Counted from the first letter of the stretch, positions 13,095-27,789 are shown. The stretch is 64,000 nt of DNA from Octopus vulgaris (GCA_951406725.2 OX597833.1:72850001-72914000); one strand, 5' to 3'. A program made the numbers and translations. Notes: generated by a model from the letters alone, not told the origin.

Positions 13095-13320
13095 TATTTC
13101 AACATGTGATCTCTTAAGCACCACCAGCTCAAATATTGTCTCCTCTGTCTTCCCTCCTTGGGATCTTTCCTTCTCCTTGTTTCCGACGAAGAGCTCCGCT
13201 CGAAACGTTAAACCCTCCCTCCCTTCTTTCCTGTGCGTCAATAATACTTTAATTGTTCCACGTCCTGCGTTGCTGTGTTTTTTTCTCTTTTTTTCTGTGT
13301 TTTCTTGTTTGGATTAACTA
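13095..13320 (+). mobile_element. Penelope-like terminal repeat carrying a minimal hammerhead-like motif (13179-13213)
   Basis: GTTT-CCGACGA-A-GAGC(TCC)GCTC-GAAA-CG-TT-AAAC; related copy at ~30180-30352 (TTGAAGAGCTTAGGTTTGAAACGTC). Confidence 0.55.
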
Positions 13321-13561
13321 TATATATATATATACACAGACAGACAGAATCATACATACATACAACCAAACATTCTGTATACAATCTTGTGCTCATTTAT
13401 ATTCCTGTTCCTATGTAATATTTGTAACAATCTTATTTATGAAACGTTATCTAATAAATGCGATCAGAAGAAGGAATCTTGCAACGTTTTTCCATTGGTT
13501 GAAACGCATCTTCAAATATTTTCTTAATCATATTTGAAGTTAATCATCAAAATGCATTCAT

Positions 13562-13625
<64 letters not shown>

Positions 13626-13714
13626 GCACATACACACATACATATACACAAGCATATATACATACATACGTGTATGCACAAAGATTAGACAGATTACACT
13701 CATAATTTTGTATA

Positions 13715-13759
<45 letters not shown>

Positions 13760-13791
13760 CACACACGCACACCGTTTTTTCTCTTCAACAG

Positions 13792-13872
13792 AATGTCTAC
13801 CAAGCCTCGAAAATTGTCTACGAAAATCTCGAGGAGACAATATCGACTCTACTCAAGCATCCTACTCGAAGC
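13792..13872 (+). CDS. MIEAP-domain protein, coding exon 3
   Basis: Acceptor CTTCAACAG|, 81 nt phase 0/0, NVYQASKIVYENLEETISTLLKHPTRS, donor AGC|GTGAGT. Confidence 0.85.
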
Positions 13873-13929
13873 GTGAGTATCTACTCCATCCATAAAAAGC
13901 ATTCACTCGTTTTCATCTCTCTCTCTCAC

Positions 13930-14030
<101 letters not shown>

Positions 14031-14045
14031 GTGTGTGTGTGTGTG

Positions 14046-14333
14046 AAGGCGCATGGCTCAGTGGTTAAAGCGTCGAGCTTACGATCGTGAGGCTGTGAGT
14101 TCGAATCTCGGACCGGGATGCATGTTGTGTTCTTGAGCAAGACACTTTATTTCACGTTGTTCCAGTTCGCTCAGCTGTAGAAATGAGTTACGACGTCAGA
14201 GATACCAAGCTGTATCGGCCCCTTTGCCTTACCCTTGGATAACATCGGTGGCGTGGAGAGGGGCGGCCGGTATGCATGGGCGACTGTTGGTCTTCCATAA
14301 ACAGCCTAGCCTGGACTTGTGCCTCGCACGGCA
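14046..14333 (+). mobile_element. tRNA-derived SINE (family A), second copy
   Basis: Aligns along its length with 200-480; A box TGGTTAAAGCG, B box GAGTTCGAATCTC. Confidence 0.85.
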
Positions 14334-14334
14334 A

Positions 14335-14705
14335 TCTATGTTCCCAATTAATCTCGGAGCAGAATCTCCTCAGAAACTGGAATACATCTTGTCCCTTGTC
14401 TGATTCGGGAGCTGCAGCTCAGGCTGTTTGGCCATGTTGCTCGACTTTCCGAGTTCGAGCCTGCTTACCAGGATTTCTTTACTGAGGATCTGGCTGGGCT
14501 AACGGATTGCGTTGGTTGAACACACGCTACACGGTCACGGCAAATGAGAAGGTCTCCCGTGGAAATGAGGACTCAGTGGCACTCTGCTCTACTTGTAGAC
14601 CGGGAGAACCCGTGAGCACCTGGGAATATATCGGCAACTGGTGAATGCAGTAACGCGCTGCAACGGCGCATCATCCCACCCTTTTCCCCATCTGACCTGA
14701 CCTGA
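14335..14705 (+). mobile_element. RTE-clade LINE 3' end
   Basis: Frameshifted translation ..QNLLR(E)TGIHLVPCLIRELQLRLFGHVARL..PAY.., typical RTE post-RT LRxFGHVxR motif; ends in (CTGAC)n tail. Confidence 0.75.
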
Positions 14706-15048
14706 AAGTCTGTTCCTAATCTGATTCTTCAAATATTTCGCACCATTCAGCAGGAAGTGATTAATCGTTAGGCATCACAGGACCACCGCCTAAGGGTTCT
14801 TCATTTATGCCTTTCATATTTTGCTTATTCTTTGAATCTAATGTTTGTCAACTATTTTGACTCTAATTAATGTCAAATGTCCCACAAATGGACGAGTTTT
14901 ATTTATTGCTCTCATAATTGAAATCCCGCCAATCAAAGCCCGCGCGATGTCGTCAGACAAAGACTTAAGCGAAAAAAGAGGGGTGGGCTTAGATTTTATC
15001 CATGTCTAATCACCATCTTATTACTTCTTCTTCTTCTTCTTCCGACAG

Positions 15049-15171
15049 GATGCAGTCGGCCATAACGGCCTACCCCCCGGGAAAGCGGAGCTCTCGGAAG
15101 ACATAAAAGATGAAATTTTAATGGCGCTGCGACGGAATTATGAGGAGATCGAGACGACGGCCATTGTAAAT
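15049..15171 (+). CDS. MIEAP-domain protein, coding exon 4
   Basis: (TTC)n pyrimidine tract and CAG| acceptor, 123 nt phase 0/0, DAVGHNGLPPGKAELSEDIKDEILMALRRNYEEIETTAIVN, donor AAT|GTGAGT; absent from the ORF track. Confidence 0.85.
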
Positions 15172-15734
15172 GTGAGTGATTTTAACAAACATCCGAGTTG
15201 CGGGTGGATGGGGTGGATGAGGTGAATGGGGTGGATGGGTGTAACTTGTGTGTGTTGGGGGGTGCATGTGTGTATTGCTTTCAACCTCTTAACGAAGGCG
15301 AGTAAGTCGAAACTTCGAAGTCACTGTCAAACTTTGTAAAAGTGTGTGTGTGTGTGTGTGTGTGTATTCACTCTTTGTCCATAGCTGGGAGCCTAATAGG
15401 TGCTATTAACGAGGGTCAGGGTGAACCTGAGAACAACAGCAATCAGGAGGTGGTTCCATTCTCCTCGAAACATCCAATCACCCGAACAGAGACCTTACTG
15501 TAATTGGGAGACGAGGAATTGGAAACTGTAATGAAGATGACCAGCTCCTCCTTTACCTCTGTGTTGAATATGAGCTGTTCATCACAAAAACCCAGGTCCA
15601 ACATAAAACAACCTGGAAAACCCCAAGATCGAAAAAGTGGAACACTCTCGACAACAGCAATACTGTTTGAAGAAGAATGGTCTCATTACCAGGAGAAGGC
15701 CAGCAGCTACGACGACGACGACCGCTGCTGCTGC

Positions 15735-15824
<90 letters not shown>

Positions 15825-16151
15825 CATACATACATACATATAACACTCTATACACCCACACACTGGCACAGAAAGAAAGACAGAAAGAAAAACGAAAGAA
15901 ATGATGATGGGATTCCTCGCAGTTTCTAGCAATCAAATTTCGCCCACAAGGTTTTGATCCACCCGAGGCTAAAGTGCTGCTGCGCACTGGATGGGATCGA
16001 ACCCGTACTTACGTGATTGCTAATGAGTTTCTTAACCACACAGCCAGTTATGCCCTCTCCCTCGGCGAGAACCTTCGTATTTCATCTAATTTCATTTGCT
16101 ATCACCTTCATCGTTTCACCTTTCTTTCATTCTTTCTCTCTTCTTTCTTAG

Positions 16152-16451
16152 ATTGCCATATCAAGGGCCGAAATGAGCGAAGAGTTCACCAGTTTCATGT
16201 CGTCCTGTACGGAAAACAAGACGGTGAGTCGTTACCTTCACGAGTGTAGCCGGATCACGTGGCAGATGGTGATACAAAATCCGGCCATGCGCCTCACAGT
16301 TGCCGATGCTGTCTTCAACGAAGACAGACACCGGCTGTGGTGGTCGTGCGACAAGAAGCAGAAGCAAGGAATCAACTTCTTCATTTGGCCAGCTCTCTAC
16401 GACTACAACAATGGCGTTTTAATGGTGAAAGGTTGTGTACACGCCAGTTAA
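16152..16451 (+). CDS. MIEAP-domain protein, final coding exon
   Basis: Acceptor TTCTTAG|; YLHECSRITWQMVIQNPAM..FNEDRHR..FFIWPALYD..GVLMVKGCV*, the characteristic MIEAP C-terminal pattern (W.M..Q.P.M / F....R / WPAL / KG.V); total spliced CDS 1287 nt = 428 aa. Confidence 0.92.
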   Translation: MAISRAEMSEEFTSFMSSCTENKTVSRYLHECSRITWQMVIQNPAMRLTVADAVFNEDRHRLWWSCDKKQKQGINFFIWPALYDYNNGVLMVKGCVHAS

Positions 16452-16816
16452 CTCTCAACGCTGCACTGTACAAGTCTATTGCATTTAATTTAAACAAACA
16501 AAATAATAACATTCCCCCTTCTCATTCCTTGTGATGTCTTCAAGTTCTTGTCATTATTATTATTATTATTAATATTATTATTATTATTATTATTAAATTA
16601 TTATTAATTTATGCAGTTCTGCTCTTCATAATAACCATCCAAATAAGACTAATTATTAACATAATACTTAGAAATATACATATATTTACATGCATGTGTG
16701 TAAGTATGTGTAAGTATGTGTGTATGTGCATACACACAGAAACATATATACACACACATGTGCATATACACACACATATACATATATGTATATATATATA
16801 TATATATATATTATAT

Positions 16817-16973
16817 CATATTATATTAGAGGAAAAATCAAGACCAAGGCAGAATAATTTAATTAGGGTGAGGTGAATTTGAAGCTGTAATTAAATTACC
16901 TTAATTAAATTATTCTAAATCACTTGAGATACTCGTTCTGCCTTGGTTTCGATTCTTCCTCTAATATAATATG
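16817..16973. repeat. Nested inverted repeat (MITE-like)
   Basis: Arms CATATTATATTAGAGGAAAAATCAAGACCAAGGCAGAA / TTCTGCCTTGGTTTCGATTCTTCCTCTAATATAATATG; inner AGAATAATTTAATTAGGGT / ACCTTAATTAAATTATTCT. Confidence 0.7.
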
Positions 16974-17267
16974 TAAATGCTATAACGGGACCCTAACACG
17001 GATCCCTAGATCCAGCCTTAGCTGTGATCCGGGAACTTACTGGTCGACCAACTATAGCACTTACCCAGCGTACGTAGTCGTTTAGATCACCAGTGAACTA
17101 AACGCCTCATATGCTATATATATGTGTGTGTGTATATATATATATGTGTATGTATATATATATATGCATTTATATATGTATGTATATATGTATATATGTA
17201 TATATGCATATATATATATACAATATATATATATATGTATATAAGAGACCAAAGTGTACGTACACCG

Positions 17268-17329
<62 letters not shown>

Positions 17330-17333
17330 GTGT

Positions 17334-17381
<48 letters not shown>

Positions 17382-17532
17382 ATATATATACATATATATA
17401 TTGTAAACATTCTTCTAAAAACATTATTATTGCTGTTACTATTCTTAATATTCTCTGTACATAACTTCAGTCGCATTCCACTGACGTCACTCCGATTCAG
17501 CTTTCCCTGCTGACCGGGGAAACACACACACA

Positions 17533-17588
17533 CTAACCATCCTGCTAACCATCCTGCTAACCATCGTGCTAACCATCCTGCTAACCAT
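17533..17588. repeat. 12-bp minisatellite (CTAACCATCCTG)x4.7
   Basis: Direct reading, one unit with a C>G change. Confidence 0.9.
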
Positions 17589-17867
17589 TGCAGCCATCGC
17601 CGTTGATGAAGCGCTCAGTTGCTAAGCAATTTCTGCATGACTCGCGTTACGTTTACGCGACGAAGTGAAGAACGCTTAAATACATTGCAAATTTACATAT
17701 CTACGCTTATTGTGACAATGTAGATCTGTGCTGTAAGGGTTCGGTTCTTGCCAGGGAGGAATCGGCTGACGATTACCATGAAACCCAACTCTTCAAAGGA
17801 ATGCTTTGAAATATCTCAAGTATGGCTTTGAAGTCTGTTATAATGTATGGGCATACAAACACACCAA

Positions 17868-18030
17868 TATACATACATACATACGTGCATACATACATAC
17901 ATACATACATACATACATACATACATACATACACACATACATACACACACACACACACACATACATACATACATACATACATACATACACACATACATAC
18001 ATACATACATACATACATACATACATACAT

Positions 18031-18061
<31 letters not shown>

Positions 18062-18220
18062 TACATACATACATACATACATACATACATACATACATAC
18101 ATACATACACACACACATACATACATACATACACACATACATACATACATACATACATACATACATACATACACACACACACATACATACATACATACAC
18201 ACATACATACATACATACAT

Positions 18221-18251
<31 letters not shown>

Positions 18252-18300
18252 TACATACATACATACATACACACACACATACATACATACATACATACAT

Positions 18301-18331
<31 letters not shown>

Positions 18332-18520
18332 TACATACATACATACATACACACACATACATACATACATACATACATACATACATACATACATACATAC
18401 ATACATACATACATACACACATACATACATACATACATACATACATACATACATACATACACACACACATACATACATACATACATACATACATACACAC
18501 ACACACATACATACATACAT

Positions 18521-18555
<35 letters not shown>

Positions 18556-18735
18556 TACATACACACACACATACATACATACATACATACATACATACAT
18601 ACATACATACATACATACACACACACACATACATACATACATACACACATACACATACATACATACATACATACATACATACATACATACATACATACAT
18701 ACATACATACATACATACATACATACGTATGTATG
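17868..18735. repeat. ~870-bp compound (CATA)n/(CA)n microsatellite
   Basis: Direct reading; produces all the 300-380 aa YIHT/MYVC ORFs. Confidence 0.97.
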
Positions 18736-19378
18736 TACATACCTACGTCCACGTGCGTGTGTGTGTATTTACACTGTAAAAGCTATCCACTCTTTTCAAA
18801 GCTAGGAATTACTTCAGCCATGATCCCCCAACTGACCGCTTTACAAAGTTCAAGGGGAGGGGGCCCAGTGTGGAATATTGCTCCAAATACATCTGGAATG
18901 GTGTTGTTGTTGTTGTTGTTGACGCGTTACATTAAAACACGTGTTATAAGTAAATGATTAGCGACTGATTGGCATGGATGGACTCAGCTCCACAGACATT
19001 CTGTCTCTTCATTTTACCAGAACGGATTGTGTTATTCTCAATCAGAGCCCATGAGAAGAGGTGGGACAGGTGCGAAACCGTCCCTGGGTCGCAGTATTTC
19101 CTGACATCTCGGAAAATGTTTGCATATACTAAAGACTATCATTCACAAACGAGAGGGGACCGAACGATCCCTTGATTAAATACTTCTCAGGGACTCCTTC
19201 TGTCAACTAACAGTAGCACGCCACCTCCACTGAGCACCATACCAGTCTCGTGGTTTCTCTACGGCAAAGATTTTACAATCTGCAATCCTTTTACTACACG
19301 TGCATACATCAGCTACACATCTTTCAGTAAAACATACATACATACATATATAAATACATACATATATAAATACATATG

Positions 19379-19417
<39 letters not shown>

Positions 19418-20117
19418 TAAAAACAACTAACTTTGCTTTTTATAGAACTCTCTTCGATACTTCATGAGTGTAGCCTCACCCCCTAGGATGTTTGGAAAAC
19501 TCATATGTGTTTTGGCTGATGAATACGGAACACTTGTATTTGCTGCAATATTTGCAGCTTTTAATAAATCTGTTCTTCGTATGAAACAATTGTACTGAAC
19601 AACTAATCCATTCTTGTTGCTTTTTTCTTGTATATATATATATATATATACATGTGAAATACATGTAAATATATATGTGTATGTATCTACATACATATAC
19701 GTACACAAGCACATATATTTACACAAACTGATTTCGATCATTGAATTGCGGTCATGGTAGGACATTGTTTTCCAGGGTTTAGTGCCAGTACTTATTTCAT
19801 CAATATCTATTTGTCGAACCTGCAGGTTACTACTGTTACTGCAGCAACACGGGTTAATAGGCGATGAAAACTTAAATACACATACACACGTGCATGCAGA
19901 TACACACACACACACATTCATACGGGTTATCGAAGATTTTTCCGTCTACCATATTCCACTCACAAAGTATTGGCTAATGAGAAGCTATGATTAGACGATA
20001 TCTCCCTTAGCTGTCACGCAGAGGAAGTGGTGGTATCGACCCTAGAACCACATACTGGCGAAGCTAGGTTCTTAGCCACACAGCTATGCCTCCCTCTAAG
20101 CATACACGCATACTCGC

Positions 20118-20168
<51 letters not shown>

Positions 20169-20186
20169 TACCCCACCACACACACA

Positions 20187-20225
<39 letters not shown>

Positions 20226-20759
20226 TCTGATATGAGCTGACCTGAGTGACTTGGGCTATATAACAAAAACAACAATACCACCACCACTAACAAAGAACAA
20301 CATTTTTTTGTATAAGATGTCCATATTTATATTTCTGCCTGCTTTACTGCCAAGAAAGAAAAAAAAAAGAAAAACAATGAACAAAAATGCTTTGTACAAA
20401 AATGTATTTTCAGTGAAATTAAATTATTAATTTTGTTCTCTTGCAGAAAAAAATTCATTAAATTTACCGTTATTATTATCATAATTATTATTATTATTGT
20501 TGGTGTTGTTATTATTATTATTATTATTATCATTATTTATTTATTTATTCTCACATCCTCTGCCCATCATTAAATATGCTCCTACCCGCTCTCCTCAAAT
20601 TTTCAACAACATAAACAAGCCAATAAATAAGCCACAACGTCTTCACTCAGCCTGCTAGGAACAGCTGATATATATGTATATATATATATAGCAATTAAGG
20701 GTTTAGCAACGAATTGCCTCACCAACACACCGAATTTAGAAATAGCAGTTACTGATAAC

Positions 20760-20827
<68 letters not shown>

Positions 20828-21083
20828 CGTATTTATGTATATATCAATAGTCATGAGTGAGCAACATAATTTACGGTACATGTATTTTTCCAAAGTGTAG
20901 GCATTTATTCAACAATGCATATTACATAACATGATATTATTACACCTCCACACAATTTCATCAGGCAATACTGAACATTTTACTAGTGAAATCAATCTGT
21001 AATGTATGTATGTAAGACACATAAATAAATGAATATATATATATAAATATATATATGTATGCATATATATTTATATATATATG

Positions 21084-21133
<50 letters not shown>

Positions 21134-21170
21134 GTATATAAATATGTATATAAATATGTATATAAATATG

Positions 21171-21229
<59 letters not shown>

Positions 21230-21364
21230 TTATATATATGTATATATATATATATATACATATTTATATATAAATGTATATGTATATATATATGTACATA
21301 TTTATATTTATATGTATATATATTTATATATATATGTGTGTGTGTATTTACATATATATATGTT

Positions 21365-21403
<39 letters not shown>

Positions 21404-21456
21404 GTATATATTTATATATGCATATATATACATATATGTATTTTTTACATATGCAT

Positions 21457-21504
<48 letters not shown>

Positions 21505-21505
21505 G

Positions 21506-21570
<65 letters not shown>

Positions 21571-21574
21571 TTTG

Positions 21575-21895
21575 ATACTTTGATAGGTTTCGGCCATTAT
21601 TGGCCCAGGCCATGTCTAACTTAATAGCACCACCTGGTGAAGTCTTTCAAGTCAGAATTTGGGCACTATGGCCTACTCAAGTAGAGAGTTATTGTTTACA
21701 GAGACATATCCGGGTGTAGGGGTTTATCCGGAATTTCTTGAAGGAATCTGTCCAAAGACTTCTTGAACCCTATAGGGTCAGTTTCTGTTTTAATGTGTTT
21801 TGGTGTAATGTTAAAGAGAGCGGGGCCAATTGAGGTGAAATAATTGTGCGGTATTGTTGTTATGAGATGAGAGTGCGATTTTTGTTTTGGGCGGA
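21575..21895 (-). mobile_element. CR1/L2-type LINE 3' end
   Basis: NYFTSIGPALFNITPKHIK..FKKSLDRFLQEIPDKP, then 3' UTR GGTGGTGCTATTAAGTTAGACATGGCC..GGCCGAAAC also present at 24430-24480 (+). Confidence 0.75.
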
Positions 21896-21900
21896 TATAT

Positions 21901-21979
<79 letters not shown>

Positions 21980-22789
21980 TGAAGTCCAGAGTTTGAAGTC
22001 GTTATGTCTATCATTCGAAACTGGCATGAATCCATACTGTCGTTGAAAACTTGACAAATACCGGGTGCAGTTAGATGTCTTCCTCCCTAAACAACAACGT
22101 ATCCATGGGGGTGAACTTATCATCAAGTTTCGTCTGAGAGTCTTTTTGTGTTTTTTGTATTCGCTGCAGCAAATGGAACGAAGATCTTCTCATGTTGTGG
22201 CCGGACACCTTGTTTTCTAAATGCAATAATATTCCTTTTGAAAATAACATCCTTGTTTATTTTTAGTTGTTAAATGTGTCATCCAGGTTGAGTATATGTG
22301 ATTTAATGTTTTGGTCAGATAGCCTCGAAGTCTTTTAAAACTTTTAGGATACTTTTAGTGATTAAAGCTAAATTGTATATCACTAAACATACTAGTCTTT
22401 TAAATGGTTATCCTGACTTTGTAACCGTTTCAGATCAAATCGCTCGCCAAACAAACAAATCCAGTTCTGATATAACATAATCCCTTTTCCCCCTCCAATC
22501 CCGACCTTAGATAAAATGCAACAAAAAGACCACAATGATAGACAGAGGAGATAATTTATTGACAAAATTTCAGGCTTATTATTTTCTGCAAGAAATCTGT
22601 TTCCCCAGACCCTATTTTTTCTCAGTATTTTGTGGGGCGGGGATGTACTTGTTTTTTCCCCACATGTTTGCCATGTCGCAGCTTTCTACCCTATTTTTAT
22701 TCTCTTTGTAAAGTTATATTACATTGTAACTCGCAGCTTGTTATTTTGTACATTAAATAACAATAAGTTTGTGTGCGTGCGTATCTGTA

Positions 22790-22883
<94 letters not shown>

Positions 22884-22997
22884 TTCTGGTCCGTCGTCTG
22901 TCAATTTCTGTATGTTATAAAAGTCATAAATTTCATGATATAAAACAAATTTAAAAACCACGATGATTTGTGTTTATTATTATTATTATTATTATTA

Positions 22998-23049
<52 letters not shown>

Positions 23050-23070
23050 CATCATCATTATCATCATCAT

Positions 23071-23250
23071 TGAAGGCGGAGAGCTGGCAGAATCGGTAGC
23101 ACTCCGGGAAAAAAGCTTAGCGACATTTCGACCATCTTAACGTTCTGAGTTCAAGTTCAGCTGAGGTCTATTTTGCCTTTCATCTTTTCGGGGTCGATAA
23201 ATTAAGTACCACTGAAACATTGGGGTCGACTAGTCCCTTCCCCACAAATC
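23071..23250 (+). mobile_element. tRNA-derived SINE (family C)
   Basis: GGCGGAGAGCTGGCAGAATCG..GAGTTCAA..GCCTTTCATCTTTTCGGGGTCGATAAA; other copies ~31450-31625, 34830-35020, 35130-35340 (+), 49550-49720, 60400-60575 (-). Confidence 0.8.
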
Positions 23251-23696
<446 letters not shown>

Positions 23697-23738
23697 GTAT
23701 ATACGTATATATATATATATATATATATACATATATGC

Positions 23739-23926
<188 letters not shown>

Positions 23927-24279
23927 ACTGCAGACTTCTTCCAGTTCCAGTCTATCAAATGAAAATGTCAAAATTGTTCAGAAAAGCCGAAGCAAGGCCA
24001 TTTACAGGACCTGGATAGAAACTATAAACACGAAACCTTTGTTGGCGTTTGAATGAGCAGGTGAAAAGCGGTTCGAGGGCACCATAGGAAGTGTTAGTTT
24101 ATTTTCTTTTCTGTTTTTTTTTCTTTTTATTAATACCAAAATTAGATATGCATAGAGAACCTATCAGAGGTGATCTAAACGATTATGTGTGCCAGGTAAG
24201 TGCAGTAACGGATTACTGTGGCTCTAAGTTTATAACCGAAACGGCAATTATAGAGTCATTGCAGATATAGAGCGGATAC

Positions 24280-24495
24280 GTCTTCAAAGAATACCAGACA
24301 AGCCACCCATAATTGGATACAACTCACCCAACAAGAACTCACTACTTGAACAAAACTGGATACAACTCACCCAACAAGAACTCACTACTTGAACAAAACT
24401 TGACTTAAACAGGATTCGAATAATCCTATCAGGTGGTGCTATTAAGTTAGACATGGCCTGGACCAATCTCTGGTCGAAACATATCTAAGTTTGAT
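24280..24495 (+). mobile_element. CR1/L2-type LINE 3' end with an internal 43-bp tandem duplication (24314-24399)
   Basis: LQRIPDKPPIIGY matches LQEIPDKP of 21575-21895; shared 3' UTR; TGGATACAACTCACCCAACAAGAACTCACTACTTGAACAAAAC x2. Confidence 0.7.
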
Positions 24496-24702
24496 CTAAG
24501 TTTATCATATATTACAATGGTGTTGTGCCATTATCGGTGAATGTATCGTTGGAATATAGTTTAGCTCTAAGTGGAATTGGAAAAATGATTTTTTCTTGGA
24601 TGAATTGGTTTCTTTTTTTTTTTTTGTTGAGCGGAGACGAATGAATTTGATAAAAGCAGCCTGAAGATGGTACAGGCGTATAGAAAATGCATACACGTAC
24701 AG

Positions 24703-24802
<100 letters not shown>

Positions 24803-24990
24803 ATGTATATATATGGGACGGTAGGGGCAGCGCTTTTGGGTGTGTTGCAGGGAAATATGTGTTTCTCTGCAGGGCCCCGGGGCGGAAAATGAAAGGGCCG
24901 CTTCCGGTGGCGCACACTCTAGCTACACTAGTGTATATATATGTGTGTGTGTGTGTGCGTGTATATATATAGAGAGACTGGGGGACAAGC

Positions 24991-25028
<38 letters not shown>

Positions 25029-25217
25029 AAGCACACACACACACACATAGCACTCTATGTATGTGTTTATAGCTATATCTATCTCTCTATCTATCTATAC
25101 ATGCATACATACATATGCATACATACATACATACATACATACGTACGTATGTATGTATGTATGTATGTATGTATATATGTATGTATGTATGTATATGTAT
25201 ATACATATGTATGTATG

Positions 25218-25257
<40 letters not shown>

Positions 25258-25385
25258 GAAAATATCGGGTTTAGTTGAGAGTATCATATATATATATATA
25301 TTATATATAGATATATATATATGGTGTTTTTGTCTTGCTTCTTCATAGATTGACTGTATACACACACACAAACACACACACACAC

Positions 25386-25442
<57 letters not shown>

Positions 25443-25608
25443 ATATATATGTATGTATATAATTATATATAGAGATCTGATGTATATTCAATGCAAATTG
25501 ATAAATTGATTGATCGATAGAGAGGAAGGCAGTAGAGCAGACATACATACTGGAAAAAGAGGAAAACTTGTATATATACACAACTAAGAGACCATATATG
25601 CCTGCCTC

Positions 25609-25696
<88 letters not shown>

Positions 25697-25739
25697 ATAT
25701 AGATAGATAGATACATACATTCATACATACATACATATA

Positions 25740-25783
<44 letters not shown>

Positions 25784-26151
25784 TATCTTCGATATTTTCT
25801 GTGGTACTGTATTTAGAACAATTAATGGAAAAAAAATTCTCTTCAAAGAAGAAAACAAAAGAAATTTGAATAAAACAAAAACAAATAAAACACAGAAAAT
25901 AAATCAAATAATTAATCGATCAAAACCGAGATTGTTTCAGAGATCAAGAAATGTCTTCGATCTGTAACTTGGAAATAGGAAAAAAGCAATTTCTGCAGAT
26001 TGTATGGAATGGTTTATTAATGCGCTGATATGCAGAAAACTATCGATGGACAAAATATTCGATATATCTATATATTGACTGGCAATTGCATACAGACAGA
26101 CATAGATACGTTGATACATACATACAAACATACAATACATACATACATACG

Positions 26152-26355
26152 CTTTTACTCTTTTACTTGTTTCAGTCATTTGACTGCGGCCATGCTGGAG
26201 CGCCGCCTTTAGACGAGCAAATCGATCCCGGGACTTATTCTTTGTAAGCCCAGTACTTATTCTATCGGTCTCTTTTGTCGAACCGCTAAGTGACGGGGAC
26301 GTAAACACACCAGCATCGGTTGTCAAGCAATACTAGGGGGGCAAACACAGACACA
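26152..26355 (-). mobile_element. 3' half of an abundant tRNA-derived SINE (family D)
   Basis: Reverse complement ends ..GCTCCAGCATGGCCGCAGTCAAATGACTGAAACAAGTAAAAGA, also at 45190-45245, 51290-51475, 52400-52600. Confidence 0.8.
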
Positions 26356-26439
26356 CAAACACACACATACATACAAACATACATACGTAGGTGCATATAT
26401 ATATATATATGTACATATGTATATATGTATATATACATA

Positions 26440-26537
<98 letters not shown>

Positions 26538-26584
26538 CATATAGATGTATGTAAATATACATATGTATATATGCACACACATAT

Positions 26585-26647
<63 letters not shown>

Positions 26648-26667
26648 TATATATATATATATGTATG

Positions 26668-26737
<70 letters not shown>

Positions 26738-26798
26738 ATCACCGTGATCACCGTGACCGACCAGGCTATCAGATGTTGCTACACATCGCTGGTCCAAT

Positions 26799-26921
<123 letters not shown>

Positions 26922-27088
26922 CATGTTTATATATATATATATATATATATATACATACATGCATATATATATCACCGTGATCACCGTGACCGACCAGGCT
27001 ATCAGATGTTGCTACACATCGCTGGTCACAGTGCACATATATATATATATATATGTGTGTGTGTGTATATATATACACACACACACAC

Positions 27089-27119
<31 letters not shown>

Positions 27120-27149
27120 TATATGTGTGTATATATATATATGTGTATA

Positions 27150-27217
<68 letters not shown>

Positions 27218-27221
<4 letters not shown>

Positions 27222-27327
27222 TGTGTAGTCCTATCCTGGACAAACACTCCCTCTGGCAGATACCGCAAATGTAGCGAAGACTGTTCCTGGCTGTTTGTAA
27301 TGCCATAGTTTCTTGTTGACGTCTTCT

Positions 27328-27330
<3 letters not shown>
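27218..27330 (-). mobile_element. RTE-clade LINE C-terminal zinc-finger fragment
   Basis: [26 protein letters not shown], the CxxC..SRIGL.SH C2H2 motif at the end of RTE/BovB-like ORF2. Confidence 0.75.
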
Positions 27331-27398
<68 letters not shown>

Positions 27399-27789
27399 GT
27401 TGAGTAAAAACGAAGCAACGTTTTGAACCATGAAGAATTTGTATCGGATTTTTGTACAGTTTAAAATTTTTTAAAACACTTTTTTGCAATCATTTGATAA
27501 TGCAAACACAGATTCGCCCCCATGCATCAATAAATTTTTTCACCTTTGTTGCAATCATCCGTGACCGTGTTGGTCCTGAATTTTGTTTGTTCCTCGTCCT
27601 TGAGGTTCGTGAAGGATTTTTGAATTGGAAGTATATTTGTTGTTAATTGTTGTGTCTTGAGACACTTGTTTTTGCTGCCTTTCAGCAGTTTTGTTAACGC
27701 TGTCCCCCTAGTTTGAAGTGCGAAGCGCATTATTTGCGTCTTCATAATGTATGAAGAATTGAATTATTCAGACGTAACGACGTCTAAAG

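Noticed and set aside
15504-15735. ORF start in the last MIEAP intron as a possible extra exon
   Set aside because: No convincing acceptor/donor pair; exons 4 and 5 already join in frame; ORF runs into (TA)n
17773-18957. Six ORFs of 300-380 aa (YIHT/MYVC repeats)
   Set aside because: Read-through of a stop-free (CATA)n/(CA)n microsatellite in all frames; no coding signal
18960-19320. Possible decayed reverse-transcriptase fragment on the minus strand (GVP..GS.GPL.F.ND, VYAN)
   Set aside because: Needs several frameshifts; too degraded to support as a feature without a search
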